From contig OZ024765.1 of NCBI GenBank assembly GCA_964016885.1, forward strand, positions 9,362,001 to 9,426,000: DNA of 64,000 nucleotides, in the 5' to 3' direction. This document shows positions 12,276-26,939 of this stretch, piece by piece. Position 1 is the first letter of the stretch. Every line of letters starts with the position of its first letter. The translations under genes were made by a program, and so were the position numbers. The notes beneath the pieces are model-generated. The model was not told the DNA's origin. It did not search any database and saw only the letters and a list, made by a program, of their open reading frames with translations. Source of the DNA: Eledone cirrhosa (lineage: Eukaryota).

Positions 12276-13778
12276 TTGTGTGTTTGTGTGTTAGTTTGTT
12301 TATCCCCAGAAAGATGAAAGGCAAAGTTAAACCAGGCTGAGAAAAAATTACCCTGGATAATGGAGTCCTAGATATACTAACGGCACTGAAGGGGTGGCCA
12401 CGGCTGGAATGAACAGTTACTATGGATAATATAGAGCTAAACTAGAGATACCAACATTAATGACAGGATGGTCACGGATGGAATATCTTTAATCCCAGGT
12501 ATGTCATGTTAGAGTTGACCTGTCGTTAAACTACAACAACTAAAGAAACTATGCTATTTCCGCCAGGTGGCGTCTGTTGTTTTACTTCAAGGTATCTTTA
12601 GATTCTGTAATGGTCAGGTGTAAATATAGCTGGCTGGTCAGCTGGCCTCGATGGTGTGGTGTTGGTGTGGTGGTGGTTTGATTTGTTATGATGTCAGTGG
12701 TACTGGTGTGGTGTAGTGTAGTGTGGTGTGGTGTGGTGTGGTGGTAGTTTGATTTGTTATGGTGTCAGTGGTTCTGGTGTGGTGTGGTGTAGTGTGGTGT
12801 AGTGTGTTGTGGTGTGGTGGTGGTTTGATTTGGTATGATGCCAGTGGTACTGGTGTGGTGGTGGTGTAGTGTGGTGTGGTGTGGTGTGGTTTAGTGAGCT
12901 GTGGTGTGCTGACTGACTGATTTAGTAAAATGGCAGTGTGGTGTGGGGTGGTTGTAGGAGTTATTGGTGTAGTGTAAATCTAACTAGCTGGTCTGCTGGC
13001 TACTATGGTGTGCTGGTGGCTTGTTTCATTACAATGACTAAAGTGTTGGTGTGGTGTTGGTGTGGTGTTGGTGGTGGTGGTGTGGTGGTATTGTATTAGT
13101 ATAATGATCAGTGACATTGGTACTGGTATGGTACTGATATAGTCTGGAATGTATATATAGCTGGGTTTAGTATTATTCTTCACTCTAGTTCTGTTTGGTG
13201 GTGGGGGTTGGTTGGTGGGAAGGGAATTTCTACTAAAGGGAGAGAAATACCGTTTTACTTTTAGGTAATTTTAGATACTAATGTCAGGTATTGGTATCTT
13301 AGTATGTTTGGTTGGTAAGTCAGTATTGGTATTGGTATCTGGACTTTAGTACAGATCTGGTGTCGCTACGGTGGTCAAACAGTAGTGTCCACTCATTGGT
13401 CAAACTGACCATTGCATGCCACCATTTTTACAATGTCCTTAGCATGTGTCTTAGTACTTTGGTGGGCGTGACGATGGCGGAACAACAACAACAACAAAGA
13501 AAGAAAGACGGAAAGAACGAACCAATGATAGTCGCAATAGTATTTATGTGTGTGAATGTGTGTGTGGAGTGAGATCCCTGAATTAGTGTGTGTGTGGAGT
13601 GGGTTCCTTGAATGTGTGTGGGGTGGGGTGGGGGTCCTTGAATGTGTGTGGGGTGGGGTGGGGGTGGGGGTCCTTGAATGTGTGTTTGTTTGTGTGTGTA
13701 GGAAGGTGTCAGAATGTACGAATGTGTGTGTTTGGGCAATGTCCGTGTGTGAGGAGAGGTAAGAGAGAAAGAGAGAGG

Positions 13779-13834
<56 letters not shown>

Positions 13835-14200
13835 TTGTGTGTTAGTTTGTTTATCCCCAGAAAGATGAAAGGCAAAGTTAAACCAGGCTGAGAAAAAATT
13901 ACCCTGGATAATGGAGTCCTAGATATACTAACGGCACTGAAGGGGTGGCCACGGCTGGAATGAACAGTTACTATGGATAATATAGAGCTAAACTAGAGAT
14001 ACCAACATTAATGACAGGATGGTCACGGATGGAATATCTTTAATCCCAGGTATGTCATGTTAGAGTTGACCTGTCGTTAAACTACAACAACTAAAGAAAC
14101 TATGCTATTTCCGCCAGGTGGCGTCTGTTGTTTTACTTCAAGGTATCTTTAGATTCTGTAATGGTCAGGTGTAAATATAGCTGGCTGGTCAGCTGGCTAC
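9975..14200 (+). repeat. Three tandem copies of a ~1.52-kb unit (450-bp unique core, GT tract, SINE remnant, CCGCCAGGTGGCG site)
   Basis: Identical ORF predictions recur at 11461 and 12980 (period 1519); cores at 10320, 11839 and 13358. Confidence 0.95.
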
Positions 14201-14927
14201 TATAGTGTGGTGTGGTGTGGTATGTTGTCAGTGGTACTAGTGTGGTGTGGTGTAGTGTAGTGTGGTGTGGTCTGGTGGTGGTTTGACTTGGTATGATGTC
14301 AGTGGTGTGGTGTGGTGTGGTGTAGTGTAGTGTGGTGTGGTGTGGTGTAGTGTAGTGTAGTGTGGTGTGGTGGTGGTTTGATTTGGTATGATGTCAGTGG
14401 TGTGGTGTGGTGTGGTGTGGTGTGGTGCAGTGTAGTGGTGGTTTGATTTGTTATGATGTCAGTGGTGTGGTGTGGTGTGGTGTGGTGTGGTATAGTGGTG
14501 GTTTGATTCGGTATGATGTCAGTGGTACTGGTGTGGTGTGGACAGGGTGGTTGTTTGTGGGGTTTGTTGGTATAGTATAGTGTGGTGTGGTGTGGTGTGG
14601 TGTGTTGGTGTGGTGTGGTGTGGTGTGGTATGGTGATGGCTTTATTCATTATGATGGCTATGATGTGCTGGTATTGGTGTGGTGTGGTGATGACTTGATT
14701 TAGTAAAATGGCAGTGTGGTGTGGGGTGGTTGTAGGAGTTATTGGTGTAGTGTAAATCTAACTAGCTGGTCAGCTGGCTACTATGGTGTGCTGGTGGCTT
14801 GATTCATTAGAATGGCTAAAGTGTTGGTGTGGTGGTGGTGTGGTGGTGGTGTTGGTGGTGTGGTGTGGTGGTGTTGTATTAGTATAATGTTCAGTGACAT
14901 TGGTACTGGTATGGTACTGTGTATATA

Positions 14928-16032
14928 CGACTGTTCATTCCAGCCGTGGCCACCCCTTCATTACTGTTAGCATGTCTAGGACTCTATTATCCATGGTAAA
15001 TGTTTCAGGGCGGTGGATGGCCCAAATCGGTAGAGCGTCGGACTGACGCTCAGCAATATGTGTTACGGCCCTTTACGTTCTGAGTTCAGATCCTGCCTCG
15101 TTCAACTTTGCCTTTCATCCTCCTGGGGATACACACACTAACAAACACACACACATACATACACACTCACATACACCCACACACTCTCTCTTACCTCTCC
15201 GTGTCACACGGAGCACAAGACATTGCCCAAACACACATACATTCGTACATTCTGGACCCTCCTATACACACACACACACACTCACTCACTCAAGTACACA
15301 TTCAAGCACCCCACTCCACACACACACGAGACTATCACTACTGCGACTATCATTGTTTCGTCCTTTCCGTCTTTCTTTGTTGTTGTTGTTGTTCCGCCAT
15401 CGTCACGCCCACCAAAGTACTAAGACACATGCTAAGGACATTGTAAAAATGGTGGCATGCAATGGTCAGTTTGACCAATGAGTGGACACTACTGTTTGAC
15501 CACCGTAGCGACACCAGATCTGTACTAAAGTCCAAGATACCAATACCAATACTGACTTACCAACCAAACATACTAAGATACCAATACCTGACATTAGTAT
15601 CTAAAAATTCCTAAAAGTAAAAACGGTATTTCTCTCCCTTTAGTAGAAATTCCCTTCCCACCAACCAACCCCCACCACCAAACAGAACTAGAGTGAAGAA
15701 TAATACTAAACCCAGCTATATATACATTCCAGAGCTATATCAGTTACCATACCAGTACCAATGTCACTGATCATTATACTAATACAATTACCACCACACC
15801 ACCACCACCAACACCACACCAACACTTTAGTCATTGTAATGAAACAAGCCACCAGCACACCATAGTAGCCAGCTGACCAGCTAGTTAGATTTACACTACA
15901 CCAATAACTCCCCACCCACCCCAGACCACACTGCCATTTTACTAAATCAGTCAGCACAGCACACCACACTCCACTACACCACACAACACCATAGCACACC
16001 ATAGCACACCACACCATACTACACCCCCCCCC

Positions 16033-16063
<31 letters not shown>

Positions 16064-16958
16064 CATACCACACCACAGCACACCATACCACAGCACCCCA
16101 CACCATACCACCCCACACCACCCCACCCCACACCACACCAACACAAATACACCATAGTCATCCTAATGAATTAAGCCATAACCATACCACACCACACTAA
16201 CACCACCCCATACCACATCACACCAACACCGCCCCATACCACACCACACCAATACCAACACCAACACCAACACCAACACCAACACCAACACCCCATAGCT
16301 ATCATAATGAAGCCATCACCACGCCACACCACCCTACACTACACCATATTATACCAATAAACCACACTACACTACACCACACCACACCAGAACCACTGAC
16401 ATCATACCAAGTCAAACCACCACCAGACCACACCACACTACACTACACCACACCACACCACACTACACTACACCACACCACACCACACCACTGACATCAT
16501 ACCAAGTCAAACCACCACCAGACCACACCACACTACACTACACCACACCACACTAGTACCACTGACAACATACCACACCACACCACACTATAGTAGCCAG
16601 CTGACCAGCCAGCTATATTTACACCTGACCATTACAGAATCTAAAGATACCTTGAAGTAAAACAACAGACGCCACCTGGCGGAAATAGCATAGTTTCTTT
16701 AGTTGTTGTAGTTTAACGACAGGTCAACTCTAACATGACGTACCTGGGATTAAAGATATTCCATCCGTGACCATCCTGTCATTAATGTTGGTATCTCTAG
16801 TTTAGCTCTATATTATCCATAGTAACTGTTCATTCCAGCCGTGGCCACCCCTTCAGTGCCGTTAGTATATCTAGGACTCCATTATCCAGGGTAATTTTTT
16901 CTCAGCCTGGTTTAACTTTGCCTTTCATCTTTCTGGGGATAAACAAACTAACACACAA

Positions 16959-16997
<39 letters not shown>

Positions 16998-17752
16998 CAC
17001 ACCCTCTCTCTCTCTCTCTTACCTCTCCTCACACACGGACATTGCCCAAACACACACATTCGTACATTCTGACACCTTCCTACACACACAAGCACACATT
17101 CAAGGACCCCCACCCCACCCCACACACATTCAAGGAACCCACTCCACACACACACTAATTCAGGGATCTCACTCCACACACACATTCACACACATAAATA
17201 CTATTGCGACTATCATTGGTTCGTTCTTTCCGTCTTTCTTTCTTTGTTGTTGTTGTTGTTCCGCCATCGTCACGCCCACCAAAGTACTAAGACACATGCT
17301 AAGGACATTGTAAAAATGGTGGCATGCAATGGTCAGTTTGACCAATGAGTGGACACTACTTTTTGACCACCGTAGCGACACCAGATCTGTACTAAAGTCC
17401 AGATACCAATACCGACTTACCAACCAAACATACTAAGATACCAATACCTGACATTAGTATCTAAAATTACCTAAAAGTAAAACGGTATTTCTCTCCCTTT
17501 AGTAGAAATTCCCTTCCCACCAACCAACCCCCACCACCAAACAGAACTAGAGTGAAGAATAATACTAAACCCAGCTATATATACATTCCAGACTATATCA
17601 GTACCATACCAGTACCAATGTCACTGATCATTATACTAATACAATACCACCACACCACCACACCACCACCACACCACCACACCACCACCACACCAACACT
17701 TTAGCCATTGTAATGAAACAAGCCACCAGCACACCATAGTAGCCAGCTGACC
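14928..17752 (-). repeat. Two inverted copies of the same unit (diverged 14928-15960; near-identical 16590-17752)
   Basis: Reverse complement of the unit; cores at 15445-15516 and 17312-17383. Confidence 0.93.
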
Positions 17753-17774
17753 AGGTGTAAATATAGCTGGCTGG

Positions 17775-19855
17775 TTAGTGTGGTGTGGTGTGGTGTGGTG
17801 TGGTGTGGTGTGGTGTGGTGTAGTGTAGTGTAGTGTAGTGTAGTGTAGTGTAGTGTAGTGTAGTGTAGTGTAGTGTAGTGTAGTGTAGTGTAGTGTAGTG
17901 TAGTGTAGTGTAGTGTAGCGTAGCGTAGCGTAGCGTAGCGTAGCGTGGCGTGGTGTGGTGTGGTGTGGTGTGGTGTGGTGTGGTGTGGTGTGGTGTGGTG
18001 TGGTGTGGTGTGGTGTAGTGTAGTGTAGTGTAGTGTAGTGTAGCGTAGCGTAGCGTAGCGTAGCGTAGCGTAGTGTAGTGTAGTGTAGTGTAGTGTGGTG
18101 TGGTGTGGTGTGGTGTGGTGTGGTGTGGTGTAGTGTAGTGTGGTGTAGTGTAGTGTAGTGTAGTGTGGTGTGGTGTGGTGTGGTGTGGTGTAGTGTGGTG
18201 TAGTGTAGTGTAGTGTAGTGTAGTGTAGTGTAGTGTAGTGTAGCGTAGTGTAGTGTAGTGTAGTGTAGTGTAGCGTAGTGTAGTGTAGTGTAGTGTAGCG
18301 TAGTGTAGTGTAGTGTAGTGTAGTGTAGCGTAGTGTAGTGTAGCGTAGTGTAGTGTAGTGTGGTGTGGTGTGGTGTGGTGTGGTGTGGTGTGGTGTGGTG
18401 TGGTGTGGTGTGGTGTAGTGTGGTGTGATGCGATATGGTGTAGTGTGGGCAGGGTGGGTGGCTGGGGGAGTTATTAGTGTAGTATATATAATTCTAGCTA
18501 GCTGGTCAGCGAGCTAGTATGGTGTGGTGTAGTGTAGTGTAGTGCTGGTGTGGTGTAGTGTGGTGTAGTGTAGTGTGGTGTAGTTTAGTGTGGTGTGGTG
18601 TAGTGTAGTGTGGTGTAGTGTGGTGTAGTTTAGTGTGGTGTGGTGTAGTGTAGTGTGGTGTAGTGTGGTGTAGTTTAGTGTGGTGTGGTGTGGTGTAGTG
18701 CTGGTGTAGTGTAGTGTAGTGCTGGTGTGGTGTAGTGTGGTGTAGTGTAGTGTGGTGTAGTTTAGTGTGGTGTAGTTTAGTGTGGTGTGGTGTAGTTTAG
18801 TGTGGTGTGGTGTGGTGTAGTGCTGGTGTGGTGTGGTGTAGTGCTGGTGTGGTGTAGTGTGGTGTAGTGTAGTGTGGTGTAGTGTAGTGTGGTGTAGTTT
18901 AGTGTGGTGTAGTTTAGTGTGGTGTGGTGTAGTTTAGTGTGGTGTGGTGTGGTGTAGTGCTGGTGTGGTGTGGTGTAGTGCTGGTGTGGTGTAGTGTGGT
19001 GTAGTGTAGTGTGGTGTAGTTTAGTGTGGTGTAGTTTAGTGTGGTGTGGTGTAGTTTAGTGTGGTGTGGTGTGGTGTAGTGCTGGTGTAGTGTAGTGTAG
19101 TGCTGGTGTGGTGTAGTGTGGTGTAGTGTAGTGTGGTGTAGTTTAGTGTGGTGTAGTTTAGTGTGGTGTGGTGTAGTTTAGTGTGGTGTGGTGTGGTGTA
19201 GTGCTGGTGTGGTGTGGTGTAGTGCTGGTGTGGTGTAGTGTGGTGTAGTGTAGTGTGGTGTAGTTTAGTGTGGTGTGGTGTAGTGTAGTGTGGTGTAGTT
19301 TAGTGTGGTGTGGTGTAGTGCTGGTGTGGTGTGGTGTAGTGCTGGTTAGGTGTAGTGTGGTGTAGTGTAGTGTGGTGTAGTTTAGTGTGGTGTGGTGTAG
19401 TGTAGTGTGGTGTAGTTTAGTGTGGTGTGGTGTGGTGTAGTGCTGGTGTGGTGTGGTGTAGTGCTGGTGTGGTGTAGTGTGGTGTAGTGTAGTGTGGTGT
19501 AGTTTAGTGTGGTGTGGTGTAGTGTAGTGTGGTGTAGTTTAGTGTGGTGTGGTGTAGTGCTGGTGTGGTGTGGTGTGGTGTAGTGCTGGTGTGGTGTGGT
19601 GTGGTGTAGTGCTGGTGTGGTGTTGTGTAGTGTAGTGTAGTGTAGTGTAGTGTGGTGTGGTGTGGTGTGGTGTAGTGTAGTGTGGTGTGGTGTAGTGTGG
19701 TGTAGTGCTGGTGTGGTGTGGTGTAGTGCTGGTGTGGTGTGGTGTGGTGTAGTGTTGTGTAGTGTGGTGTGGTGTGGTGTGGTGTGGTGTGGTGTGGTGT
19801 GGTGTGGTGTGGTGTGGTGTGGTGTGGTGTGGTGTGGTGTGGTGTGGTGTAGTGT
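17775..19855. repeat. (GTGTG/GTGTA/GCGTA)n pentamer satellite with higher-order repeats
   Basis: Direct. Confidence 0.95.
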
Positions 19856-20082
19856 GGGTGGCTGGGGGAGTTATTAGTGTAGTATATATAATTCTAGCTA
19901 GCTGGTCAGCTGGCTAGTATGGTGTGGTGTGGCGTGATATTGTGTGGTGTTGTATGGTGATGGCTTCATTCATTATGATGGCTATGGTGTGTTGGTGTTA
20001 GTGTGGCGTGGGGTGGTGTGGTGTGGTGTGGTGTGGTGTGGTGTGGTCTGGGGTGGGTGAGGAGTTATTAGTGTAGTGTAAA

Positions 20083-21300
20083 TCTAACTAGCTGGTCAGC
20101 TGGCTACTATGGTGTGCTGGTGGCTTGATTCATTGCAATGGCTAAAGTGTTGATGTGGTGGTGGTGTGGTGGTGTGGTGTGGTGGTGTGGTGTTGGTGTG
20201 GTGGTGTGGTGGTATTGTATTAGTATAATGATCAGTGACATTGGTACTGGTATGGTACTGATATAGTCTGGAATGTATATATATAGCTGGGTTTGGTATT
20301 ATTCTTCACTCTAGTTCTGTTTGGTGGTGGGGGTTGGTTGGTGGGAAGGGAATTGCTACTAAAGGGAGAGAAATACCGTTTTACTTTTAGGTAATTTTAG
20401 ATACTAATGCCAGGTATTGGTATCTTAGTATGTTTGGTTGGTAAGTCAGTATTGGTATTGGTATCTGGACTTTAGTACAGATCTGGTGTCGCTACGGTGG
20501 TCAAACAGTAGTGTCCATTCATTGGTCAAACTGACCATTGCATGCCACTATTTTTACAATGTCCTTAGCATGTGTCTTAGTACTTTGGTGGGCGTGACGA
20601 TGGCGGAACAACAACAACAACAAAGAAAGACGGAAAGGACGAACCAATGATAGTCGCAGTTGTTTTTATGTGTGTGAATGTGTGTGTGGTGTGGAGCCCT
20701 GAATGTGTGTGTGGAGTGGGTTCCTTGAATGTGTGTATGTATGTACGGAGTGCTTACCCTGATTGTGTGCTGGTGTGTGTGTGTTTGTGTGTGTGTAGGA
20801 GGGTCTCAATGTACGAATGTATGTGTGTGTGGGGGGGGCAATGTCTAACGTTCTGTGTGTGTGGAGAGGTAAGAGAGAGAGAAAGAGTGAGAGAGAGAGA
20901 GATAGTGTGTGTATGTGTGTGTGTGTATGTATGTGTATGTATGTGTATGTACGTGTGTGTGTGTGTGTGTATCCCCAGAGGGATGAAAGGCAAAGTGTGT
21001 GGGGGGCGGGGGGGGGCTGATTATTTCGATCCCAGTACTTCACTAGTATTTTAGTTTATCGAACCCTTTGAGGATGACAGGGAAAGTGACCTCAGTGGGA
21101 TTTGAACCTCGGAACGTAACTTAACACCGCTCTAGCGATTCGACCAATCCGTCGCCCTTACCGTCTTAGATTATGACAGGATGGTCACGGCGGGAATCAT
21201 AGGTATGCCATGTTGGGGGAGATCTGTTGTTATACAACAACAACCACATCAACAAGGCAAACAATTTAACAATGTTATTTCCTCCAGGTGGTGCCTGCCG
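20083..21300 (+). repeat. Sixth, flank-diverged copy of the cassette unit
   Basis: Core at 20484-20555 is nearly identical; downstream SINE and CCTCCAGGTGGTG are positionally homologous but diverged. Confidence 0.9.
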
Positions 21301-21378
21301 GAAGGACTAAAGCCGTGTACAAACGGAAAGGATTAAATACCAAACATGATGGCGGTTTACATACGTACGTATACAATG

Positions 21379-21428
<50 letters not shown>

Positions 21429-22139
21429 CATACATACATACATTACACATACATACATGTATACATACATACATATATACATACATACATATTAAAACTT
21501 ACATACATACATTCATACATATATACATACATAGATACATATACATACATACATATACATACATACATACATACACACATACACATACAATACATACAAT
21601 ACATACACACATACATACATACACACATACATATATGTATACATACACACATCCATACACACACACATACATACATACACACACATATATATATATATAT
21701 ACACACACACATAAATATATTTATATATACATACACATATACACATACATACACACATATATATACATACATACAGTGCTTAATAAATACCATCCATCTA
21801 TCTCCCCCACCTTCCCCCTGCTCATCAATTTCTCAAATCATTCCCCCCTCTTCTCTTTCCTCCGCTCTCCCCCCTCTCCCTCAATAACTACGTATTTCTG
21901 TTTCTCCTCCTCATCCTTTCACCTCTGCGTTTCTACTTGCCCACCACTATCTCACTACTAACTGACCAACACCAACAGACACTGACCAACACCAACACCA
22001 AACACACTAATTAGATAAGTCATTTACTCATTCGACCAAGCATTCTTCCTTCCATCTAGCTGGTCAACCAGCCAACCATCTAGACAGCCAGCCAGCCATC
22101 CAACCAGCCATCCAACCATCCAACCAGCCGTCCAACAAA

Positions 22140-23710
22140 CCAACCATCCAACCAGCCAGCCATTAAACCATCTATCCATTAAACCATCCAACCAACCATT
22201 CAACCAACAAACCAACCAACAAACCATTCAACCAACAAACCAACCAACAAACCATCCAACCATTCAACCACCCAACCAACCAACAAACCATCCAACACTC
22301 AACCATCGAACCAACCAACAAACCATCCAACCATCGAACCAACCAACAAACCATCCAACCATTCAACCATCGAACCAACCAACAAACCATCCAACCATTC
22401 AACCATCGAACCAACCAACAAACCATCCAACCATTCAACCATCGAACCAACCAACAAACCATCCAACCATTCAACCATCGAACCAACCAACAAACCATTC
22501 AACCACCCAACCAACCAACAAACCATCCAACCATTCAACCAACAAACCAACCAACAAACCATCCTACCATTCAACCATCGAACACACAAACAAACCATCC
22601 AACGATTCAACCATCGAACCAACCAACAAACCATCCAACCATTCAACCATCGAACCAACCATCCAACCATTCAACCATCGAACCAACCAACAAACCATCC
22701 AACCATCGAACCAACCAACAAACCATCCAACCATTCAACCATCGAACCAACCAACAAACCATCCAACCATCGAACCAACCAACAAACCATCCAACCATTC
22801 AACCATCGAACCAACCAACAAACCATCCAACCATCGAACCAACCAACAAACCATCCAACCATTCAACCATCGAACCAACCAACAAACCATCCAACCATCG
22901 AACCAACCAACAAACCATCCAACCATTCAACCATCGAACCAACCAACAAACCATCCAACCATCGAACCAACCAACAAACCATCCAACCATTCAACCATCG
23001 AACCAACCAACAAACCATCCAACCATCGAACCAGCCAACAAACCATCCAACCATTCAAACATCGAACCAACCATCCAACCATTCAACCATCGAACCAACC
23101 AACAAACCATCCAACCATTCAACCATCGAACCAACCAACAAACCATCCAACCATCGAACCAACCAACAAACCATCCAACCATTCAACCATCGAACCAACC
23201 AACAAACCATCCAACCATCGAACCAACCAACAAACCATCCAACCATTCAACCATCGAACCAACCAACAAACCATCCAACCATCGAACCAACCAACAAACC
23301 ATCCAACCATTTAACCATCGAACCAACCAACAAACCATCCAACCATTCAACCATCGAACCAACCAACAAACCATCCAACCATCGAACACACAAACAAACC
23401 ATCCAACCATTCAACCATCGAACCAACCATTCAACCATCGAACCAACCATCCAACCATTCAACCATCGAACCAACCAACAAACCATCCAACCATTCAACC
23501 ATCGAACCAACCATTCAACCATTCAACCATCGAACCAACCAACAAACCATCCAACCATCGAACCAACCAACAAACCATCCAACCATTCAACCATCGAACC
23601 AACCAACAAACCATCCAACCATTCAACCATCGAACCAACCAACAAACCATCCAACCATCGAACCAACCAACAAACCATCCAACCATTCAACCATCGAACC
23701 AACCATCCAA
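22140..23710. repeat. CCAA-based minisatellite, 28- and 36-bp monomers forming a 64-bp higher-order unit
   Basis: ORF predictions recur every 64 bp (22671, 22735, 22799, 22863). Confidence 0.95.
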
Positions 23711-24007
23711 CTGACCAGCCAACCACACGCCCAACCGTCCAGCCGGCCAGCTGTACTAGACAGACAGAGAGACAGACAGACAGAGGGACAGACAGACAGA
23801 CATGGCAGCCAGCATACCAATAAACTACTAAAGCTACCAACCATTATATATGCCAGAATACATCTGTTACAACCCCCCAACCACCACCACCACTACTAAG
23901 TCCATTACCACCACCACCACCACCACCACCACCACTGACACCATTCTCATCTAATTAGTATTGCAATTATATCCATCACTGGCAGCTATGCTAATACCAC
24001 ATTCACT

Positions 24008-24787
24008 ACCATCAGTACCACCATCACCATCACCATCAGTACCGCCATCACCATCACCATCAGTACCGCCATCACCATCACCATCAGTACCACTATCACC
24101 ATCACCATCAGTACCACCATCACCATCAGTACCAACATCACCATCACCATCAGTACCACCATCACCATCACCATCAGTACCACCATCACCATCACCATCA
24201 GTACCACCATCACCATCAGTACCACCATCACCATCACCATCAGTACCACCATCACCATCACCATCAGTACCACCATCACCATCACCATCAGTACCACCAT
24301 CACCATCAGTACCAACATCACCATCACCATCAGTACCACCATCACCATCACCATCAGTACCACCATCACCATCACCATCAGTACCACCATCACCATCACC
24401 ATCAGTACCACCATCACCATCACCATCACCATCAGTACCACCATCACCATCAGTACCACCATCACCATCAGTACCAACATCACCATCACCATCAGTACCA
24501 CCATCAGTACCACCATCACCATCAGTACCACCATCACCATCACCATCACCATCAGTACCACCATCACCATCAGTACCTCCATCACCATCAGTACCTCCAT
24601 CACCATCACCATCAGTACCTCCATCACCATCAGTACCTCCATCACCATCACCATCAGTACCACCATCACCATCAGTACCACCATCACCATCAGTACCTCC
24701 ATCACCATCACCATCAGTACCACCATCACCATCAGTTCCACCATCACCATCACCATCAGTACCAACATCACCATCACCATCAGTACC
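24008..24787. repeat. (CCATCA)n / CAGTACCA minisatellite
   Basis: Direct; gives the PSPSVP pseudo-ORF. Confidence 0.9.
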
Positions 24788-25449
24788 AAAACACCAACTG
24801 CAAAACCTTCACCAATACCAATACCATCACACCAATATCACTACCAACATCAACACCACGAACACACCACCATTCCGACACCATCAACACCAACACCACC
24901 AACAACAATAACACCAACACCAACAACACCACCAACAACAATAACACCAACACCAACACCAGCAACACCATCACCAACATACTACTCATACAACACCAAC
25001 ACCAACACTACCAATATAACACGACCAACATTAACACCATCACCATACCACCAACACCATCACCAACAACAACACCAACAACATCACCACCAACACCAAT
25101 AACACCACCACCAATAACACCAACACCATCACTAACAACACTACCAATACACCAACACCATTACCACCATCACCAACAACAACACCAACATCACCAACAG
25201 CACTACTAATACAACACCACCAACACCATCAACAACTGTAAGCCCCAACCTACCTCGCAATACTAAAACCAACCAATACCAAACAGTGCCCCCCCCCTCG
25301 CCCTCCTGCCCCAACACCAATAACAAGACCAACACCACCCACCCCAACACCAACCAGCATTGCTTAGTCCTTTTGACAAGAGTGGACAGTAAACCCCTCC
25401 ACATCACCCCACACACGTAAACACACACACTCAATACTCCACACATACA

Positions 25450-26210
25450 CACTAGACATTGCCCGAACACACACATTTGTACATTCTAGGACTACCCCCA
25501 CATTCACACACACACACACAATCAAGGAACCCATTCCACACACACACAAACATACACAATCAAAGAACCCACTCCACACTCACATTCAGGGATCTCAATC
25601 CACACACACACATCCACACACACAAATACTACTGCGACTATCATTGTTTCGTTCTTTCCGTCTTTCTTTCTTTGTTGTTGTTGTTGTTGTTCCGCCATCG
25701 TCACGCCCACCAAAGTACTAAGACACATGCTAAGGACATTGTAAAAATGGTGGCATGCAATGGTCAGTTTGACCAATGAATGGACACTACTGTTTGACCA
25801 CCGTAGCGACACCAGATCTGTACTAAAGTCCAGATACCAATACCAATACTGACTTACCAACCAAACATACTAAGATACCAATACCTGACATTAGTATCTA
25901 AAATTACCTAAAAGTAAAACGGTATTTCTCTCCCTTTAGTAGAAATTCCCTTCCCACCAACCAACCCCCACCACCAAACAGAACTAGAGTGAAGAATGAT
26001 ACCAAACCAGCTATATATACATTCCAGACTATATCAGTACCATACCAGTACCAATGTCACTGATCATTATACTAATACAATACCACCACACCACCACACC
26101 AACAACACCAACACCAACACCAACACTTTAGCCACTGTAATGAAACAAGCCACCAGCACACCATAGTAGCCAGCTGACCAGCTAGTTAGATTTACACTAC
26201 ACCAATAACT
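25450..26210 (-). repeat. Seventh (inverted) copy of the cassette unit
   Basis: Core at 25743-25814; shares the GTCCATTC variant with copy 6. Confidence 0.9.
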
Positions 26211-26939
26211 CCCCACCCACCCACCCAACACGACACCACACCACCACAGCCATCATACCAAATCAAACCACCACCATAGCATACCATACCAGCAAGCCTG
26301 GTTTTATACTACATCGATAACGCCCCCCCCCCCCACACACACACACACACCACGACACCCATCATACCAAGTAAACCATCGCAGCACACCAGCCAGCCAG
26401 GATTGCAGTTCACCAACACACACCCTTATCACATCATAGCACACTACACCACACCACACCACACCACACCACACTACACTACACCACACCACACTACACC
26501 ACACCACACTACACCACACTACACCACACCACACTACACCACACCACACTACACCACACCACACTAGACCACACCACACCACACTACACCACACCACACA
26601 CCAAACCACACACTACACCACACTACACTACACCACACCACACCACACTACACCACACCACACTACACCACACCACACTACACCACACCACACTACACCA
26701 CACTACACCACACCACACCACACTACACCACACTAGACCATACCACACTACACTACACCACACTACACCACACCACACCGACTAAACAACAAACAACACC
26801 AAATCACACTATACCACACCACACCACACCACACTACACCACACCACACTACACCACACTACACCACACCACACTACACCACACTACACCACACCACACT
26901 ACACTATACCAACCAACCAGTATGCCCTATATTATTATT

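Noticed and set aside
23961-24911. PSPSVP extensin/mucin-like ORF
   Set aside because: Pure minisatellite, non-ATG start, no signal peptide or splice evidence
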